Notes under the pieces: model-generated | Seen by the model: only the letters and a program-made list of their open reading frames with translations | Databases searched by the model: none | What the model was told of the DNA's origin: nothing | Assembly (NCBI RefSeq): GCF_003334255.1 | Contig: NZ_QOWU01000035.1 | From: Escherichia coli | GTDB lineage: Bacteria > Pseudomonadota > Gammaproteobacteria > Enterobacterales > Enterobacteriaceae | Reading direction: 5' to 3' (one strand) | DNA length: 55,376 nucleotides | Program-made: the position numbers and the translations under genes | Shown: positions 16,842-28,535 of the stretch, one piece after another | Numbering within the stretch: the stretch's first letter is position 1 | Layout of the letters: each line of letters begins with the position of its first letter

Positions 16842-17831
16842 TTACTTACCGCCTAAACCTTTTTTCTCCAGTTCTTCTTTAAAGTTGTCACGCGTGATCA
16901 GCACCACGTCGGTAACTTCGGTAAATTTTGGCGGTTCAACGTCTTTTGCTACCCAGTTGTAAAGCATTTCGCTGGATTTATAGCCATGTACGTCCGGGCT
17001 TGGCAGCAGGGAACCGTAGAAGCCGGTTGCCTGTGCTTTAGACAGTTCGCTCACCGCATCCACACCGTTAATGCCAATGCCGATGATATCGGCAGCTTTA
17101 AAGCCCTGACCTTCCGTCGCGCGTACGCCGCCCAGCACGGTGCTGTCGTTCATACCGACGATCAGCCAATGTTTAACTTCCGGATGTTGAACCAGCATTG
17201 AGTTGGCAGCGTCAAATGCCCCCGGGATGTCGTTAGATTTGGTAGGTACCTGATAAATTTGTTTTTCCGGGAATCCGGCCGCTTTCAGCGCATCCATAGA
17301 ACCCGTTGTACGGCGACGTGCCGTATCCAGTTCGTTGGCGGTAATCGCCATCACCGCGCTTTCTTTGACATCCCAGCCACGTTTCTGCATCTCTTTATAC
17401 AGTTCCTGACCCTGACGTTCGCCAATTTTAGTCGCCGCCATCATCACCAGCGGAACGGTATCCATTGGCTTACCTTTGGCGTTAACAAACTGGTCATCCA
17501 CGGCAATGACTTTCATATCGTAGCCACGCGCTTTCGCGACGATGGCAGAGCCGAGTTTGGGGTCCGGAGTACAAATAACGAAACCTTTTGCGCCACTGGC
17601 AGCCAGGCTGTCGATCGCGTTCAATGTTTTTTCGCCATCCGGCACGGCAATCTTAATAACCTCAAACCCTAAATCCTTCCCGGCTTTATCGGCAAACTTC
17701 CATTCGGTCTGGAACCACGGCTCTTCCGGTTGCTTCACCAGAAAACCGAGCTTCAGGTTCTCCGCCATAGCGGATTGTGACATAACGGCTGCCAGACCAA
17801 TGGCTGCCAGGGCTTTAGTAAATTTGTGCAT
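16842..17831 (-). CDS. araF: L-arabinose-binding periplasmic protein
   Basis: ORF trimmed to MHKFTKALAAIGLAAVMSQSAMAENLKLGF... (329 aa); signal peptide. Confidence 0.94.
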   Translation of the reverse strand: MHKFTKALAAIGLAAVMSQSAMAENLKLGFLVKQPEEPWFQTEWKFADKAGKDLGFEVIKIAVPDGEKTLNAIDSLAASGAKGFVICTPDPKLGSAIVAKARGYDMKVIAVDDQFVNAKGKPMDTVPLVMMAATKIGERQGQELYKEMQKRGWDVKESAVMAITANELDTARRRTTGSMDALKAAGFPEKQIYQVPTKSNDIPGAFDAANSMLVQHPEVKHWLIVGMNDSTVLGGVRATEGQGFKAADIIGIGINGVDAVSELSKAQATGFYGSLLPSPDVHGYKSSEMLYNWVAKDVEPPKFTEVTDVVLITRDNFKEELEKKGLGGK

Positions 17832-18627
17832 GGTTCTCTCCAGCTTTAGTGTCGTTTTGTGTAGGGCAAAAACGAATGACATTCGTTAAATTAATCGGAA
17901 AACAAAGCATTACCTTTTAACTAAAAGATAAGTGACCGTGTTGACATAGTTTTAGCGAGAAATTAATTCTCCATAGGAGAGCAATATCACATCGCAGAAT
18001 TACAGTGAGAACGTGCATAAATTTAGCGGGAAAAGACATAAGGGAAAGCCAATTTGTCAGACAAATTGTCGAATGCACAGCAGATTAATCCATAAGATTA
18101 GCCTGGAAATCCTTGTTGTCTTTGGTACCCATGCGGGATGTCTTCTTTTTAACCAGTCAATAGGCCGCATTACCTGGCGTTGAGTTTTTGAAATGGTGTA
18201 ATAACCGCAACTCAAAGATGTGGAAAATGCACGCCATTCATTTCGCCATTAATTATCACTGTGCTCATTAATTAACAGAACACGTATAATGAGAGCCATC
18301 TCGCAAAAATGAAAAAACCTTTTATAAAATCATCATTTCATCATGAATTCAAATTCATTGATTAATATCAACAAGATACAAAAAGCACTATCATTAAAAT
18401 TCATTGCAGTTACATTGATTTCATCAATGAAATGTAAAAATATATAAACTTGATGATTTAAGCATTTTCTTATACCCGTTCAGACGTTATTCTTATTTCA
18501 GATCATCGTCAGAATTGACTCCACGATCACATTTCGGACCGGCAGAAAGGAATTATTCTGCAAACAGTAATTATGGTGTTTTGATTTATCTTGCACCTCT
18601 CCACTTCTGGATATAAGGATATTAGGT

Positions 18628-19131
18628 ATGGCAACCGCTGGAATGCTTCTCAAACTCAACTCTCAAATGAACCGCGAGTTTTACGCATCCAATCTCTACC
18701 TTCACCTGAGTAACTGGTGTTCTGAACAGAGTCTGAACGGCACCGCCACTTTCCTTCGCGCCCAGGCACAGAGTAATGTGACCCAAATGATGCGCATGTT
18801 TAACTTTATGAAGAGTGTCGGCGCTACCCCCATCGTTAAAGCCATTGATGTTCCCGGTGAAAAACTGAACTCTCTGGAAGAACTGTTCCAAAAAACGATG
18901 GAAGAATACGAGCAACGTTCTAGTACGTTGGCACAGTTAGCCGATGAAGCGAAAGAACTGAATGATGATTCAACCGTCAATTTCCTGCGCGATCTGGAAA
19001 AAGAACAGCAGCATGATGGTCTGTTGCTGCAAACCATTCTTGATGAAGTGCGCAGTGCGAAACTTGCGGGTATGTGCCCTGTGCAGACCGACCAACATGT
19101 TCTGAATGTCGTGTCACACCAGCTGCATTGA
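18628..19131 (+). CDS. ftnB: Ferritin-like protein FtnB
   Basis: 167-aa [41 protein letters not shown]...; ferritin fold; preceded by about 750 bp of AT-rich intergenic DNA. Confidence 0.9.
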   Translation: MATAGMLLKLNSQMNREFYASNLYLHLSNWCSEQSLNGTATFLRAQAQSNVTQMMRMFNFMKSVGATPIVKAIDVPGEKLNSLEELFQKTMEEYEQRSSTLAQLADEAKELNDDSTVNFLRDLEKEQQHDGLLLQTILDEVRSAKLAGMCPVQTDQHVLNVVSHQLH

Positions 19132-19174
19132 TCATCATCGGCGCTAATGCATTGCGCCGATGAAGGTTTTGAGA

Positions 19175-19211
19175 AACCGCTGCCTCATCTGTTTGAAGCA
19201 GCGGTTTTTTT
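19175..19211 (+). terminator. Intrinsic terminator downstream of ftnB
   Basis: Stem CCGCTGC/GCAGCGG followed by TTTTTTT, preceded by a second hairpin CATCGGCGC/GCGCCGATG. Confidence 0.6.
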
Positions 19212-19461
19212 AATGGGATTCACCCTGTGGGGTAAACTTGAGTTCAATCAGCGCGATGGCTTTTTGGATTGCCCGCATGGTGACCGGGTCTGCGGCGGCG
19301 GGATGGTTACTAAAGTCGATATTCTTCAGCTGACTGGACATTTTTTCACGAACTTCAACGGGCGCGATTACATCGAGAACATCCAGAATTTGTTTGATAA
19401 CCAACTGGCAAGCAACCACATCAGAAACCAGTTCCTGATCGGCATTCAGCGGCTGGGACAT
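19210..19461 (-). CDS. yecJ: DUF2766-family small protein YecJ
   Basis: 83-aa [53 protein letters not shown]... Confidence 0.85.
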   Translation of the reverse strand: MSQPLNADQELVSDVVACQLVIKQILDVLDVIAPVEVREKMSSQLKNIDFSNHPAAADPVTMRAIQKAIALIELKFTPQGESH

Positions 19462-19546
19462 CGTAAACTCCTGATAGCATTTTGAAAGCCGTTATAGTAG
19501 CGACTTCACATCTTCAGCGATAGTCACATCCACCGTCATCAGGACA

Positions 19547-19574
19547 CAAAAAAACCTGCCGGAGCAGGTTTTTT
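19547..19574 (-). terminator. Bidirectional intrinsic terminator immediately downstream of azuC
   Basis: Stem CCTGC/GCAGG flanked by an A-run on one side and a T-run on the other (AAAAAAACCTGCCGGAGCAGGTTTTTT). Confidence 0.6.
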
Positions 19575-19575
19575 G

Positions 19576-19662
19576 TTATCGGAACATATTGCCTGGCGGT
19601 ACGTCTTTGAACGTCTTGCAATAGTTATTGAACATACTTTTCAGGATTTTGCGCAGTTTCAT
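19576..19662 (-). CDS. azuC: Small membrane-associated protein AzuC (28 aa; transcript formerly annotated as sRNA IsrB)
   Basis: I translated the minus strand by hand: ATGAAACTGCGCAAAATCCTGAAAAGTATGTTCAATAACTATTGCAAGACGTTCAAAGACGTACCGCCAGGCAATATGTTCCGATAA gives MKLRKILKSMFNNYCKTFKDVPPGNMFR; too short to appear in the ORF track. Confidence 0.85.
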   Translation of the reverse strand: MKLRKILKSMFNNYCKTFKDVPPGNMFR

Positions 19663-19744
19663 CGCGGCACTCCGACCATTTGTTATACAGGTGTTATTGT
19701 CTTTGCGCTTATAATATGACAACCATCACAAAAATCAATCTTTA

Positions 19745-19760
19745 TGTGATGCAAATCACA
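19745..19760. promoter_or_regulatory. Candidate CRP binding site (TGTGA-N6-TCACA) upstream of azuC
   Basis: Perfect palindromic half-sites TGTGATGCAAATCACA about 85 bp upstream of the azuC start codon. Confidence 0.5.
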
Positions 19761-19924
19761 TAAATACCCCTTTAATGTTATAAAAATGATAATCAAAAAA
19801 CAACCCCCCCATTTCTGACACCTACAGATGGCAAGAAATAGCGCCTGCCAGGCGTCTTTTCCGGCCATTGTCGCAGCGCTGTAACGCGTAAAATAGTGCT
19901 TTCTCTTACTCTTCTGGCTGGACC

Positions 19925-20248
19925 ATGAGACTTCTGATTCTGACTCTTTCATTAATAACGCTGGCGGGGTGTACGGTTACTCGCCAGGCCCATGTGAGCG
20001 AAGTTGACGCGGCAACAGGTATTGTACGGTTGGTTTATGACCAGGCTTTTTTGCAGCATGCCCATACCGATCATTATGTCAGTCGCGGGATCGCCGATCG
20101 CGCATGCCAGCAGGAAGGCTATACCCACGCGATCCCCTTTGGTCAGCCAGTAGGCAACTGTAGCCTTTTTGCGGGTTCCTTATGTTTGAATACGGAATTC
20201 ACTTTGTCATATCAGTGCCATCATTCCGCCTTCCCTGTCTTTCTCTAA
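19925..20248 (+). CDS. yecR: Predicted lipoprotein YecR
   Basis: 107-aa ORF MRLLILTLSLITLAGCTVTRQ... with lipobox LAGC. Confidence 0.85.
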   Translation: MRLLILTLSLITLAGCTVTRQAHVSEVDAATGIVRLVYDQAFLQHAHTDHYVSRGIADRACQQEGYTHAIPFGQPVGNCSLFAGSLCLNTEFTLSYQCHHSAFPVFL

Positions 20249-20419
20249 ATGTTTTAATCAGCGAGGGGGATCTTCGCTGATTAAATAAATAGCGGTAATG
20301 CGTTTTATTCCCATTCGTATTTTTAATAATTGAAGTTTATATTTTACCTTTTGCAAATAATAAAATAACAAATTATAGTGACGCCACAGCAACAAATATA
20401 ACCTTTGTGGAGCACTATC

Positions 20420-20917
20420 ATGCTGAAACCAGAAATGATTGAAAAACTTAATGAGCAGATGAACCTGGAACTGTACTCTTCACTGCTTTATCAGCAAATG
20501 AGCGCCTGGTGCAGCTATCATACCTTCGAAGGTGCTGCCGCGTTCCTGCGCCGTCACGCCCAGGAAGAGATGACGCATATGCAGCGTCTGTTTGATTATC
20601 TGACTGATACCGGCAATTTACCGCGTATTAATACCGTTGAATCTCCGTTTGCTGAATATTCCTCACTTGATGAATTATTCCAGGAAACCTATAAACACGA
20701 ACAATTAATCACCCAGAAAATTAACGAACTGGCTCATGCAGCAATGACCAATCAGGACTACCCAACATTTAATTTCCTGCAATGGTATGTTTCTGAGCAG
20801 CATGAAGAAGAGAAACTGTTCAAATCGATTATTGATAAATTAAGCCTGGCAGGCAAAAGCGGCGAAGGTCTGTATTTTATCGACAAAGAACTCTCTACCC
20901 TCGACACACAAAACTAA
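20420..20917 (+). CDS. ftnA: Ferritin (iron storage) FtnA
   Basis: ORF trimmed to [43 protein letters not shown]... (165 aa). Confidence 0.95.
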
Positions 20918-20924
20918 TGCTCTC

Positions 20925-20950
20925 CGGCGGCAGGTTTCTGCCGCCGTTTC
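20925..20950. terminator. Hairpin / probable bidirectional terminator between convergent ftnA and yecH
   Basis: 9-bp GC-rich stem CGGCGGCAG/CTGCCGCCG with short T-tracts on either side. Confidence 0.4.
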
Positions 20951-20953
20951 AAA

Positions 20954-21193
20954 TCAGTGACGGCAAATCTTACTCTGATCGGTCGAAAAACCTTCTTCTG
21001 AAGGTATAAATTTGCCTTTTGCTGCCAGAAACGCCACCAGCTCTCCCGCTGTCATCCCTTCTGCCGAGCAGGTGTGAAAACGTGCCTGTTCACCAAAACG
21101 CGCTTTAATCGCAGCTTCCAGACTGGCATGCGTATATTGCTCGCCTGATTCAATCATCATATTTAACACTTCATGACCGTGAATAGAGTCCAT
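20954..21193 (-). CDS. yecH: DUF2492-family protein YecH
   Basis: 79-aa ORF MDSIHGHEVLNMMIESGEQYTHASLEAAIKARFGEQARFHTCSAEGMTAGELVAFL... Confidence 0.85.
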   Translation of the reverse strand: MDSIHGHEVLNMMIESGEQYTHASLEAAIKARFGEQARFHTCSAEGMTAGELVAFLAAKGKFIPSEEGFSTDQSKICRH

Positions 21194-21384
21194 CGTTCCT
21201 CCTCAAAAAAAAGCCTAGCGTAGCGATTGCCGCTTATGAAGACTTTGCGCCAGCGCAGGACTGAATGCTTTTTATTGTACATTTATATTTACACCATATG
21301 TAACGTCGGTTTGACGAAGAAGCCGTTATGCCTTAACCTGCGCCGCAGATATCACTCATAAAGATCGTCAGGACAGAAGAAAGC

Positions 21385-22596
21385 GTGAAAAACAGAACCC
21401 TGGGAAGTGTTTTTATCGTGGCGGGAACCACAATTGGCGCTGGCATGCTGGCAATGCCGCTGGCTGCGGCCGGTGTTGGTTTTAGCGTTACGTTAATCTT
21501 GTTGATTGGGCTTTGGGCGTTGATGTGCTACACGGCGCTATTACTGCTGGAGGTGTACCAGCATGTTCCGGCAGATACCGGTCTGGGCACGCTGGCAAAA
21601 CGCTATCTGGGACGCTACGGTCAATGGCTGACGGGCTTCAGTATGATGTTCTTAATGTATGCTCTGACTGCGGCATACATCAGCGGTGCCGGTGAATTGT
21701 TGGCCTCCAGCATCAGCGACTGGACAGGTATTTCAATGTCGGCAACCGCTGGCGTGCTGTTGTTCACTTTTGTTGCCGGTGGCGTGGTTTGTGTTGGAAC
21801 ATCGCTGGTCGATTTATTTAACCGTTTTCTGTTCAGCGCCAAAATTATTTTTCTGGTGGTGATGCTGGTATTGCTGCTACCGCATATTCACAAAGTGAAT
21901 CTTTTAACCCTGCCGTTGCAACAGGGGCTGGCACTGTCTGCAATCCCGGTGATTTTTACGTCGTTTGGTTTTCACGGTAGCGTGCCGAGTATTGTCAGCT
22001 ATATGGATGGCAACATTCGTAAGCTACGCTGGGTGTTTATAACCGGTAGTGCGATCCCCCTGGTGGCATATATTTTCTGGCAGGTGGCGACGCTTGGCAG
22101 CATTGATTCAACAACCTTTATGGGATTGCTGGCTAATCATGCCGGATTAAACGGGCTGTTACAGGCGTTACGCGAAATGGTGGCCTCTCCGCATGTTGAG
22201 CTGGCAGTGCATTTATTTGCTGATTTAGCCCTCGCCACGTCATTTCTCGGCGTTGCGTTAGGCTTATTTGATTATCTGGCTGATTTGTTTCAGCGTTCAA
22301 ATACCGTTGGTGGAAGATTGCAAACTGGTGCAATTACCTTTCTGCCGCCGTTGGCGTTTGCACTGTTTTATCCACGAGGATTTGTGATGGCGCTGGGTTA
22401 CGCCGGTGTGGCGCTGGCGGTACTGGCATTGATTATCCCTTCGCTGTTGACCTGGCAAAGCAGAAAGCACAATCCTCAGGCGGGTTACCGGGTCAAAGGT
22501 TGTCGTCCGGCGCTGGTGGTGGTGTTTCTCTGTGGTATTGCTGTGATTGGCGTGCAATTTTTGATTGCGGCAGGGTTGTTACCAGAAGTGGGGTGA
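21385..22596 (+). CDS. tyrP: Tyrosine-specific transport protein (HAAAP family)
   Basis: 403-aa ORF with GTG start, (V/M)[32 protein letters not shown]... Confidence 0.93.
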   Translation: MKNRTLGSVFIVAGTTIGAGMLAMPLAAAGVGFSVTLILLIGLWALMCYTALLLLEVYQHVPADTGLGTLAKRYLGRYGQWLTGFSMMFLMYALTAAYISGAGELLASSISDWTGISMSATAGVLLFTFVAGGVVCVGTSLVDLFNRFLFSAKIIFLVVMLVLLLPHIHKVNLLTLPLQQGLALSAIPVIFTSFGFHGSVPSIVSYMDGNIRKLRWVFITGSAIPLVAYIFWQVATLGSIDSTTFMGLLANHAGLNGLLQALREMVASPHVELAVHLFADLALATSFLGVALGLFDYLADLFQRSNTVGGRLQTGAITFLPPLAFALFYPRGFVMALGYAGVALAVLALIIPSLLTWQSRKHNPQAGYRVKGCRPALVVVFLCGIAVIGVQFLIAAGLLPEVG

Positions 22597-22657
22597 TTAG
22601 ATAGCCTCAAATTCCTTATTGGGTGCCAGAATTAACGCTGACACCCAATTTGGCCTC

Positions 22658-23323
22658 TTAATGCAGGCAGCACTGCTTAAATTTCTTACCACTACCGCAC
22701 GGGCAAGGATCGTTACGCCCCGGTTTCTCTTCTGCTTTGATCGGTTGCTGAACAGCTTTTTCCTGCGGATGCGCCATCCAGTACGCATGTAGATCAAGCG
22801 CCGCCAGTCGAATGGCATCTACGCTCTCTTCAAACGCTTCTGGCGACATTTTCTCTACCCGCTCGAAGTTTTCCTCAGTACCGTGCAGCGCAATCGCTTC
22901 CAGCGCTGGTTTTAACGAATCGGGCAACGTTGACCAGTCAGAAAGTGCCACGCCCCGCATATAGCCAAAGCACCACTCCTCAACAATCGTCAGCTCGCTG
23001 CCATCAACTTCTCGCAAGCCGAATAACGGCTCAAACTGCTCCGGGAATTCGTTCAGACGCTCTGCGGTATCGGCCATATGTTGAAAAGCCAGGTTCATAA
23101 AGCGCGTCATCTCTTTCTCTGACGCCCAGCGCGGCACATAGTCAGCCCCACCCCACACGGCAACCAGCCACTGTTCCGGTTCAATCTCTTGCGGAGAACT
23201 CAACACCGCCGTCAATAAACCGTCCAGCTCCGCCACATCAAGGATGGCGTGGTCAGTGTTGTATTTGGTCAGAATATCGTCCAGCCATTCCAACTCACTT
23301 TCGTTTAACGGTCCCGTTTTCAT
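22658..23323 (-). CDS. yecA: UPF0149-family protein with C-terminal SEC-C zinc motif
   Basis: 221-aa ORF ending ...[19 protein letters not shown] (SEC-C metal-binding motif). Confidence 0.88.
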   Translation of the reverse strand: MKTGPLNESELEWLDDILTKYNTDHAILDVAELDGLLTAVLSSPQEIEPEQWLVAVWGGADYVPRWASEKEMTRFMNLAFQHMADTAERLNEFPEQFEPLFGLREVDGSELTIVEEWCFGYMRGVALSDWSTLPDSLKPALEAIALHGTEENFERVEKMSPEAFEESVDAIRLAALDLHAYWMAHPQEKAVQQPIKAEEKPGRNDPCPCGSGKKFKQCCLH

Positions 23324-23451
23324 ACGCTTTTCCTTGTGGATCTCAACTCGCCAGCACCTATCTTACATGCCGGTCCGTATCAGAGATACTTTTTGAGTGG
23401 CTTTGCCGGTGATTAAAAATTAAGGAGGGTGTAACGACAAGTTGCAGGCAC

Positions 23452-23474
23452 AAAAAAACCACCCGAAGGTGGTT
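23452..23474 (-). terminator. Intrinsic terminator at the end of the glyW-cysT-leuZ tRNA operon
   Basis: Minus-strand RNA folds as ACCACC-UUCG-GGUGGU followed by UUUUUUU. Confidence 0.6.
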
Positions 23475-23518
23475 TCACGACACTGCTTATTGCTTTGATT
23501 TTATTCTTATCTTTCCCA

Positions 23519-23605
23519 TGGTACCCGGAGCGGGACTTGAACCCGCACAGCGCGAACGCCGAGGGATTTTAAATCCCTTGTGTCTACCGATTCCACCATC
23601 CGGGC
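23519..23605 (-). tRNA. leuZ: tRNA-Leu (anticodon UAA)
   Basis: Minus strand reads GCCCGGATGGTGGAATCGGTAGACACAAGGGATTTAAAATCCCTCGGCGTTCGCGCTGTGCGGGTTCAAGTCCCGCTCCGGGTACCA: cloverleaf with long variable arm and encoded CCA. Confidence 0.92.
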
Positions 23606-23617
23606 TCGGGAAGAAAG

Positions 23618-23691
23618 TGGAGGCGCGTTCCGGAGTCGAACCGGACTAGACGGATTTGCAATCCGCTACATAACCGCTTTGTTAACGCGCC
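23618..23691 (-). tRNA. cysT: tRNA-Cys (anticodon GCA)
   Basis: Minus strand reads GGCGCGTTAACAAAGCGGTTATGTAGCGGATTGCAAATCCGTCTAGTCCGGTTCGACTCCGGAACGCGCCTCCA. Confidence 0.92.
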
Positions 23692-23745
23692 AAATTCTTC
23701 AGGCCTTTCAACCAGACATCCGCTTGACGCCGATGTCTTTTAAAC

Positions 23746-23821
<76 letters not shown>

Positions 23822-23972
23822 ATTCATCAAGCAATCAGTTAATCACTTGATTTTATTATCGTCTGGCAATCAGTGCCGCCGTTCGATGCGTTGCATTCTA
23901 CTTACCTGGCGCGATGAGTCAACGATATTTTTCACCACTTTTGATCGTTTGCTGAAAATTACGCCGAAACGA

Positions 23973-24521
23973 TCACTGATCAAGCAAATCTGCACGCGCA
24001 GCGCTCAAATATTGCAACATTGACCACAGAGTCAGTACCGCAGCCACAAAGAAAAGTGCAATACCGGCGTACTCAACCCAAATGTTCGGACGCCACAGCA
24101 GCCAGGCCAACGCCACCATCTGGGCAGTGGTTTTCACTTTCCCAATCCAGGAGACGGCCACGCTACTGCGTTTACCCAACTCCGCCATCCATTCGCGTAG
24201 CGCAGAAATAATAATTTCACGGGCGATCATCGTTGCCGCCGGTAATGTCACCCACCAGCTGTGATAATGCTCGGTTACCAGCACCATGGCGATAGCCACG
24301 AGAACTTTATCTGCGACAGGGTCAAGGAAAGCACCAAACCGGGTACTCTGGTTCCAGCGGCGTGCCAGAAAACCATCGAACCAGTCAGTCACCGCCGCGA
24401 CGCAGAAAATGAGCGCGGCGGCAAACGGCGACCAGGTGACAGGCAGATAAAAGACCAATACAAAGAATGGGATAAGGATGACACGGAACAGTGTAAGCAA
24501 CGTAGGGATATTAAATTGCAT
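23973..24521 (-). CDS. pgsA: CDP-diacylglycerol--glycerol-3-phosphate 3-phosphatidyltransferase
   Basis: 182-aa [30 protein letters not shown]...; CDP-alcohol phosphatidyltransferase motif D-x2-DG-x2-AR. Confidence 0.95.
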
Positions 24522-24577
24522 AATGACGGGTAACTATCTGTTGTCAGTAAGATTACCCCTATGTTGCTACAGAGACA

Positions 24578-26410
24578 TCAATGTTTCAACGACCAGAAGA
24601 TCTTTTCTGCCAGACCTTGCGAAATACCCGGCACTTTTGCAATTTCCTCGACGCTGGCGTTACGTAAACCTTGCAAACCGCCCATATATTTCAACAACAT
24701 TTGCCGACGTTTTGGCCCGACGCCTTCAATGGTTTCCAGGGAACTGGTATTTTTGACTTTCGCCCGTTTTTTACGGTGCCCGCCAATCGCGTGATCATGT
24801 GATTCATCGCGAATATGCTGGATAACATGCAGCGCGGGTGAATCTGGCGGCAAACTAAATCCCTCACCTTCCGGCTCAAAGAACAGCGTTTCCAGTCCAG
24901 CCTTACGATCTGCTCCTTTGGCAACGCCAAGTAGCAGCGGATGATTTTTATCCCATGAGACATCCAGTTCGGCGAAGACATTTTTCGCCTGCGCAAGCTG
25001 GCCTTTGCCGCCGTCGATAAGGATCACATCCGGGATCTTACTGTCGTCAATGGCTTTACCATAACGCCGACGCAGCACCTGATTCATCGCCGCATAATCA
25101 TCGCCCGGCGTGATGCCAGTAATGTTATAGCGCCGATACTCCGCACGCAGCGGGCCGTTAGCATCAAACACCACACAGGAAGCGACGGTTTGTTCACCCA
25201 TGGTATGGCTGATGTCAAAGCACTCCATCCGCTTCACTTCCGGTAATTTCAACACGCTGGCAAGCGCGGTCAGTCGCTGGTGAACGGTAGATTGCTGCGA
25301 AAGTTTGCTGGTTAAGGCCGTCGCCGCATTGGTGCGCGCGAGTTTCAGATAACGCGCCCGATCGCCGCGAGGTTTGGTTTGAACATTAATCTTGCGTCCC
25401 GCCAGTTCTGAAAGGGAATTGGCGAGCAGCGTTTTATCGCTAAGATTAAAATCGAGCAGGATCTCACCCGGTAAGGTGCGCATCTGGCTGCCTTGTAAAT
25501 AGAACTGACCTACGAAGGTTTCCACCACCTCGCTCAGTTCCGTACCGCCCGGCACTTTCGGGAAATAGCTGCGGCTGCCGAGCACTTTACCCTGACGAAT
25601 GAACAATACGTGGACACAAGCCATGCCCGCATCGAACGCCACACCAATAACGTCAAGGTCGTCGCCGGTATTGGACACAAACTGTTTTTCGGTGACGCGT
25701 CGCACCGCCTGAATTTGGTCGCGAATACGTGCCGCTTCTTCAAACTCCAGATTCTGGCTGGCAGTTTCCATACGACTAATGAGTTGCGTAAGCACCTGAT
25801 CATCTTTACCAGACAAAAACAGGCGCACATACTCGACCTGCTGAGCGTATTCTTCTTCACTCACCAGTCCTTCAACGCACGGTCCCAGACAGCGCCCTAT
25901 CTGATATTGCAGACACGGACGCGAGCGATTGCGATAAACACTATTTTCGCACTGGCGAATGGGGAAAATCTTTTGCAGTAGCGCCAGAGTTTCACGTACG
26001 GCATAGCCATTCGGGAACGGGCCGAAGTATTCACCTTTGGCATGCTTCGCACCACGATGCATCGCCAGACGCGGGTGGGTATCGCCACTCAGGAAGATAA
26101 AAGGATAAGATTTATCATCGCGTAGCAAAACGTTGTAACGCGGCTGATAGAGTTTGATGTAGTTGTGTTCCAGCAACAGCGCTTCGGTTTCTGTATGCGT
26201 AACCGTTACATCAATTTGCTGGATCTGGGCGACCAGCGCTTCGGTTTTGCGCGAAGCGAGGTTGCTGCGGAAATAGCTGGAAAGCCGTTTTTTCAGGTCT
26301 TTCGCTTTGCCGACATAGATAACCGTACCACCAGCATCGTACATGCGATAAACGCCTGGCTGGCTGGTTACGGTTTTTAAAAACGCTTTTGCGTCAAACT
26401 GATCACTCAC
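24578..26410 (-). CDS. uvrC: Excinuclease ABC subunit C
   Basis: 610-aa [50 protein letters not shown]... (GIY-YIG N-terminal nuclease). Confidence 0.96.
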   Translation of the reverse strand: MSDQFDAKAFLKTVTSQPGVYRMYDAGGTVIYVGKAKDLKKRLSSYFRSNLASRKTEALVAQIQQIDVTVTHTETEALLLEHNYIKLYQPRYNVLLRDDKSYPFIFLSGDTHPRLAMHRGAKHAKGEYFGPFPNGYAVRETLALLQKIFPIRQCENSVYRNRSRPCLQYQIGRCLGPCVEGLVSEEEYAQQVEYVRLFLSGKDDQVLTQLISRMETASQNLEFEEAARIRDQIQAVRRVTEKQFVSNTGDDLDVIGVAFDAGMACVHVLFIRQGKVLGSRSYFPKVPGGTELSEVVETFVGQFYLQGSQMRTLPGEILLDFNLSDKTLLANSLSELAGRKINVQTKPRGDRARYLKLARTNAATALTSKLSQQSTVHQRLTALASVLKLPEVKRMECFDISHTMGEQTVASCVVFDANGPLRAEYRRYNITGITPGDDYAAMNQVLRRRYGKAIDDSKIPDVILIDGGKGQLAQAKNVFAELDVSWDKNHPLLLGVAKGADRKAGLETLFFEPEGEGFSLPPDSPALHVIQHIRDESHDHAIGGHRKKRAKVKNTSSLETIEGVGPKRRQMLLKYMGGLQGLRNASVEEIAKVPGISQGLAEKIFWSLKH

Positions 26411-27063
26411 TGACTTGATAATGTCTCCGCATTACACAGACCATGGCGAATTGCCAGGTGAGTCAGCTCAACATCGCCATGAATGTTTAGTTTACTGAAC
26501 ATACGATAGCGGTAGCTGTTCACCGTTTTCGGACTGAGATTGAGCTGTTCTGAGATCTCATTGACCTTCTGGCCCTTAGTGATCATCAGCATAATCTGCA
26601 ATTCACGTTCAGACAAACTGGCAAATGGGCTTTCTGTTTTTTCTGGTTCGATCTGGCTTAACGCCATTTGTTGAGCGATATCAGAAGCAATGTAACGCTG
26701 CCCAGAATAGACAGAACGAATCGCACTCACGACTTCCTGCGGAGCCGCGCCTTTGCTGAGGTAGCCCGCAGCACCTGCCTGCATGACTTTCGCTGGTAAA
26801 GGGTTTTCTGTATGGACCGTAAGCATGATGATTTTAACATCAGCTGTGGAACGCGCGATTTTACGCGTCGCCTCAAGACCGCCAATGCCCGGCATACTCA
26901 TGTCCATTAGCACCACGTCAACGGCATTTGTCCGGCACCACTTAACGGCGTCTTCACCGCACGATGCCTCTCCGACGACTTTTATACCCTTTATATCTTC
27001 CAGAATGCGTCGTATCCCTGCGCGCACCAGTTCGTGGTCATCAACAAGTAGAACGTTGATCAA
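26407..27063 (-). CDS. uvrY: Two-component response regulator UvrY (partner of BarA; LuxR/FixJ family)
   Basis: 218-aa [36 protein letters not shown]...; 4-nt overlap with uvrC. Confidence 0.96.
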   Translation of the reverse strand: MINVLLVDDHELVRAGIRRILEDIKGIKVVGEASCGEDAVKWCRTNAVDVVLMDMSMPGIGGLEATRKIARSTADVKIIMLTVHTENPLPAKVMQAGAAGYLSKGAAPQEVVSAIRSVYSGQRYIASDIAQQMALSQIEPEKTESPFASLSERELQIMLMITKGQKVNEISEQLNLSPKTVNSYRYRMFSKLNIHGDVELTHLAIRHGLCNAETLSSQ

Positions 27064-27521
27064 AGGAATATCTCCAGAAATAGGGATAACGCTACTGATA
27101 GTTAGTCATTCGTATATTAGCGGTTTTTATTGCAACTTTGAAACGTTAAAAATGGTGGGTATTCGATTTTTCTCTCGTTTTTGTCAATTCGATTGTCCAC
27201 AGTTATGGTCACGCCCGTCACCAACGGCTTACCGGATCGTTTCACAGTAAGCCCTGCGATGAAATGTGACAAAAATTGACTTTATTCAGCAAAAATGAAA
27301 ATCAGCCCGCTGAATATGTAACATTAATTAACCCGAACAATACGGGCAAAAAACATTCATGATAAAAATATTTATTGGTCATTATATTAACGTATTTTAT
27401 AGCACTGCCGATATCGCGCTCAAAAAACAACCACTGCTATTTTTAGCAAAGCTTATGGTATACTCCGCCGCCTTAACATTTTTCACCGCAAATTTTCATT
27501 GCAACATGACGAGGAAAATAA

Positions 27522-27746
27522 ATGAGTACGCCTGATTTTTCTACTGCCGAGAATAATCAAGAACTGGCAAATGAAGTCTCCTGCCTGAAAGCGATGCTGA
27601 CGCTGATGCTGCAGGCGATGGGACAAGCTGACGCGGGCCGCGTGATGTTAAAGATGGAAAAACAGCTTGCGCTGATCGAAGACGAAACCCAGGCTGCAGT
27701 ATTTTCCAAAACGGTTAAGCAAATTAAACAAGCCTACCGTCAGTAA
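27522..27746 (+). CDS. yecF: DUF2594-family small protein YecF
   Basis: 74-aa [58 protein letters not shown]... Confidence 0.85.
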
Positions 27747-27812
27747 TATAAAACCGGCTGAGAGCGTGCCTTTCAGCCGGTTTTTGCATCTGGCACGCAG
27801 AAAGAAAAGCGA

Positions 27813-28535
27813 TCAAATTAAGCCAGTAGCGGCCGCGTAACAGGCCACCTGGGTCTTATTTGGTGCATTGATTTTTTTCTGCATGTTTTTCTGATGGAAA
27901 TTGACCGTATTCTCAGAGATTGACAAAATCATCGCTATCTCTGCTGATGTCTTCCCTTCCGCCGTCCATTTCAGAATTTCTTTTTCGCGCTTGCTGAAAT
28001 TCATCTCTGGCGTCATCACTATTTCATCATTTAAACGCATCAGAGCCATCAGACTTTCGCGCACCAGTAACTGCATTTTTAATTGCAGTTCATCACTAAG
28101 AATGGGTATTTCGCGAGCGCTGCAACGGGAAAAGGACAAAAAGCCCAACGCCCGATTTGGCAGCATTAAATACTGAGTGACACCGCGGCGTAAACCATGT
28201 GCGCGCGCGGCTTCCCATAACGGCTGTGCTTCGCTGAATAAGTCATCATTCCACATTAAATGGCCCTGACTAAAGTTTTCAGGGTTCAGCACCGGATCAA
28301 TTGCGAGAAAGTTTTTTGCCTGATAATAACTAACCCACGCCTCAGGGTAATTGGTGTAGAAAGCCACTTTAGGTCGCGTGAATGGTACCGGGTGGCGAAC
28401 ACATAACGAATAGTAATCGTACTCCAGCTGCTGAGCCTGAAGCTCTATTTCATGGTAGACCTCTTCTGCGGCCTCCATCCTCTGAAAACGCAACAGCATC
28501 GTGCGACGCCAGCTGAAAAAATCCGTATCCTGCAT
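27813..28535 (-). CDS. sdiA: LuxR-family acyl-homoserine-lactone-responsive regulator SdiA
   Basis: ORF trimmed to MQDTDFFSWRRTMLLRFQRMEAAEEVYHEIELQ... (240 aa); C-terminal LuxR helix-turn-helix. Confidence 0.94.
   Translation of the reverse strand: MQDTDFFSWRRTMLLRFQRMEAAEEVYHEIELQAQQLEYDYYSLCVRHPVPFTRPKVAFYTNYPEAWVSYYQAKNFLAIDPVLNPENFSQGHLMWNDDLFSEAQPLWEAARAHGLRRGVTQYLMLPNRALGFLSFSRCSAREIPILSDELQLKMQLLVRESLMALMRLNDEIVMTPEMNFSKREKEILKWTAEGKTSAEIAMILSISENTVNFHQKNMQKKINAPNKTQVACYAAATGLI

Noticed and set aside
17883-18627. 745-bp AT-rich intergenic region between araF and ftnB, considered as a possible mobile element scar or unannotated gene
   Set aside because: No ORF of meaningful length, no inverted repeats or transposase remnants seen; consistent with a combined araFGH (AraC/CRP-regulated) and ftnB promoter region.
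19683-19952. 89-aa minus-strand ORF between azuC and yecR
   Set aside because: Overlaps the yecR start and the AT-rich azuC promoter/CRP region; Cys-rich odd composition and no recognisable family; likely spurious.
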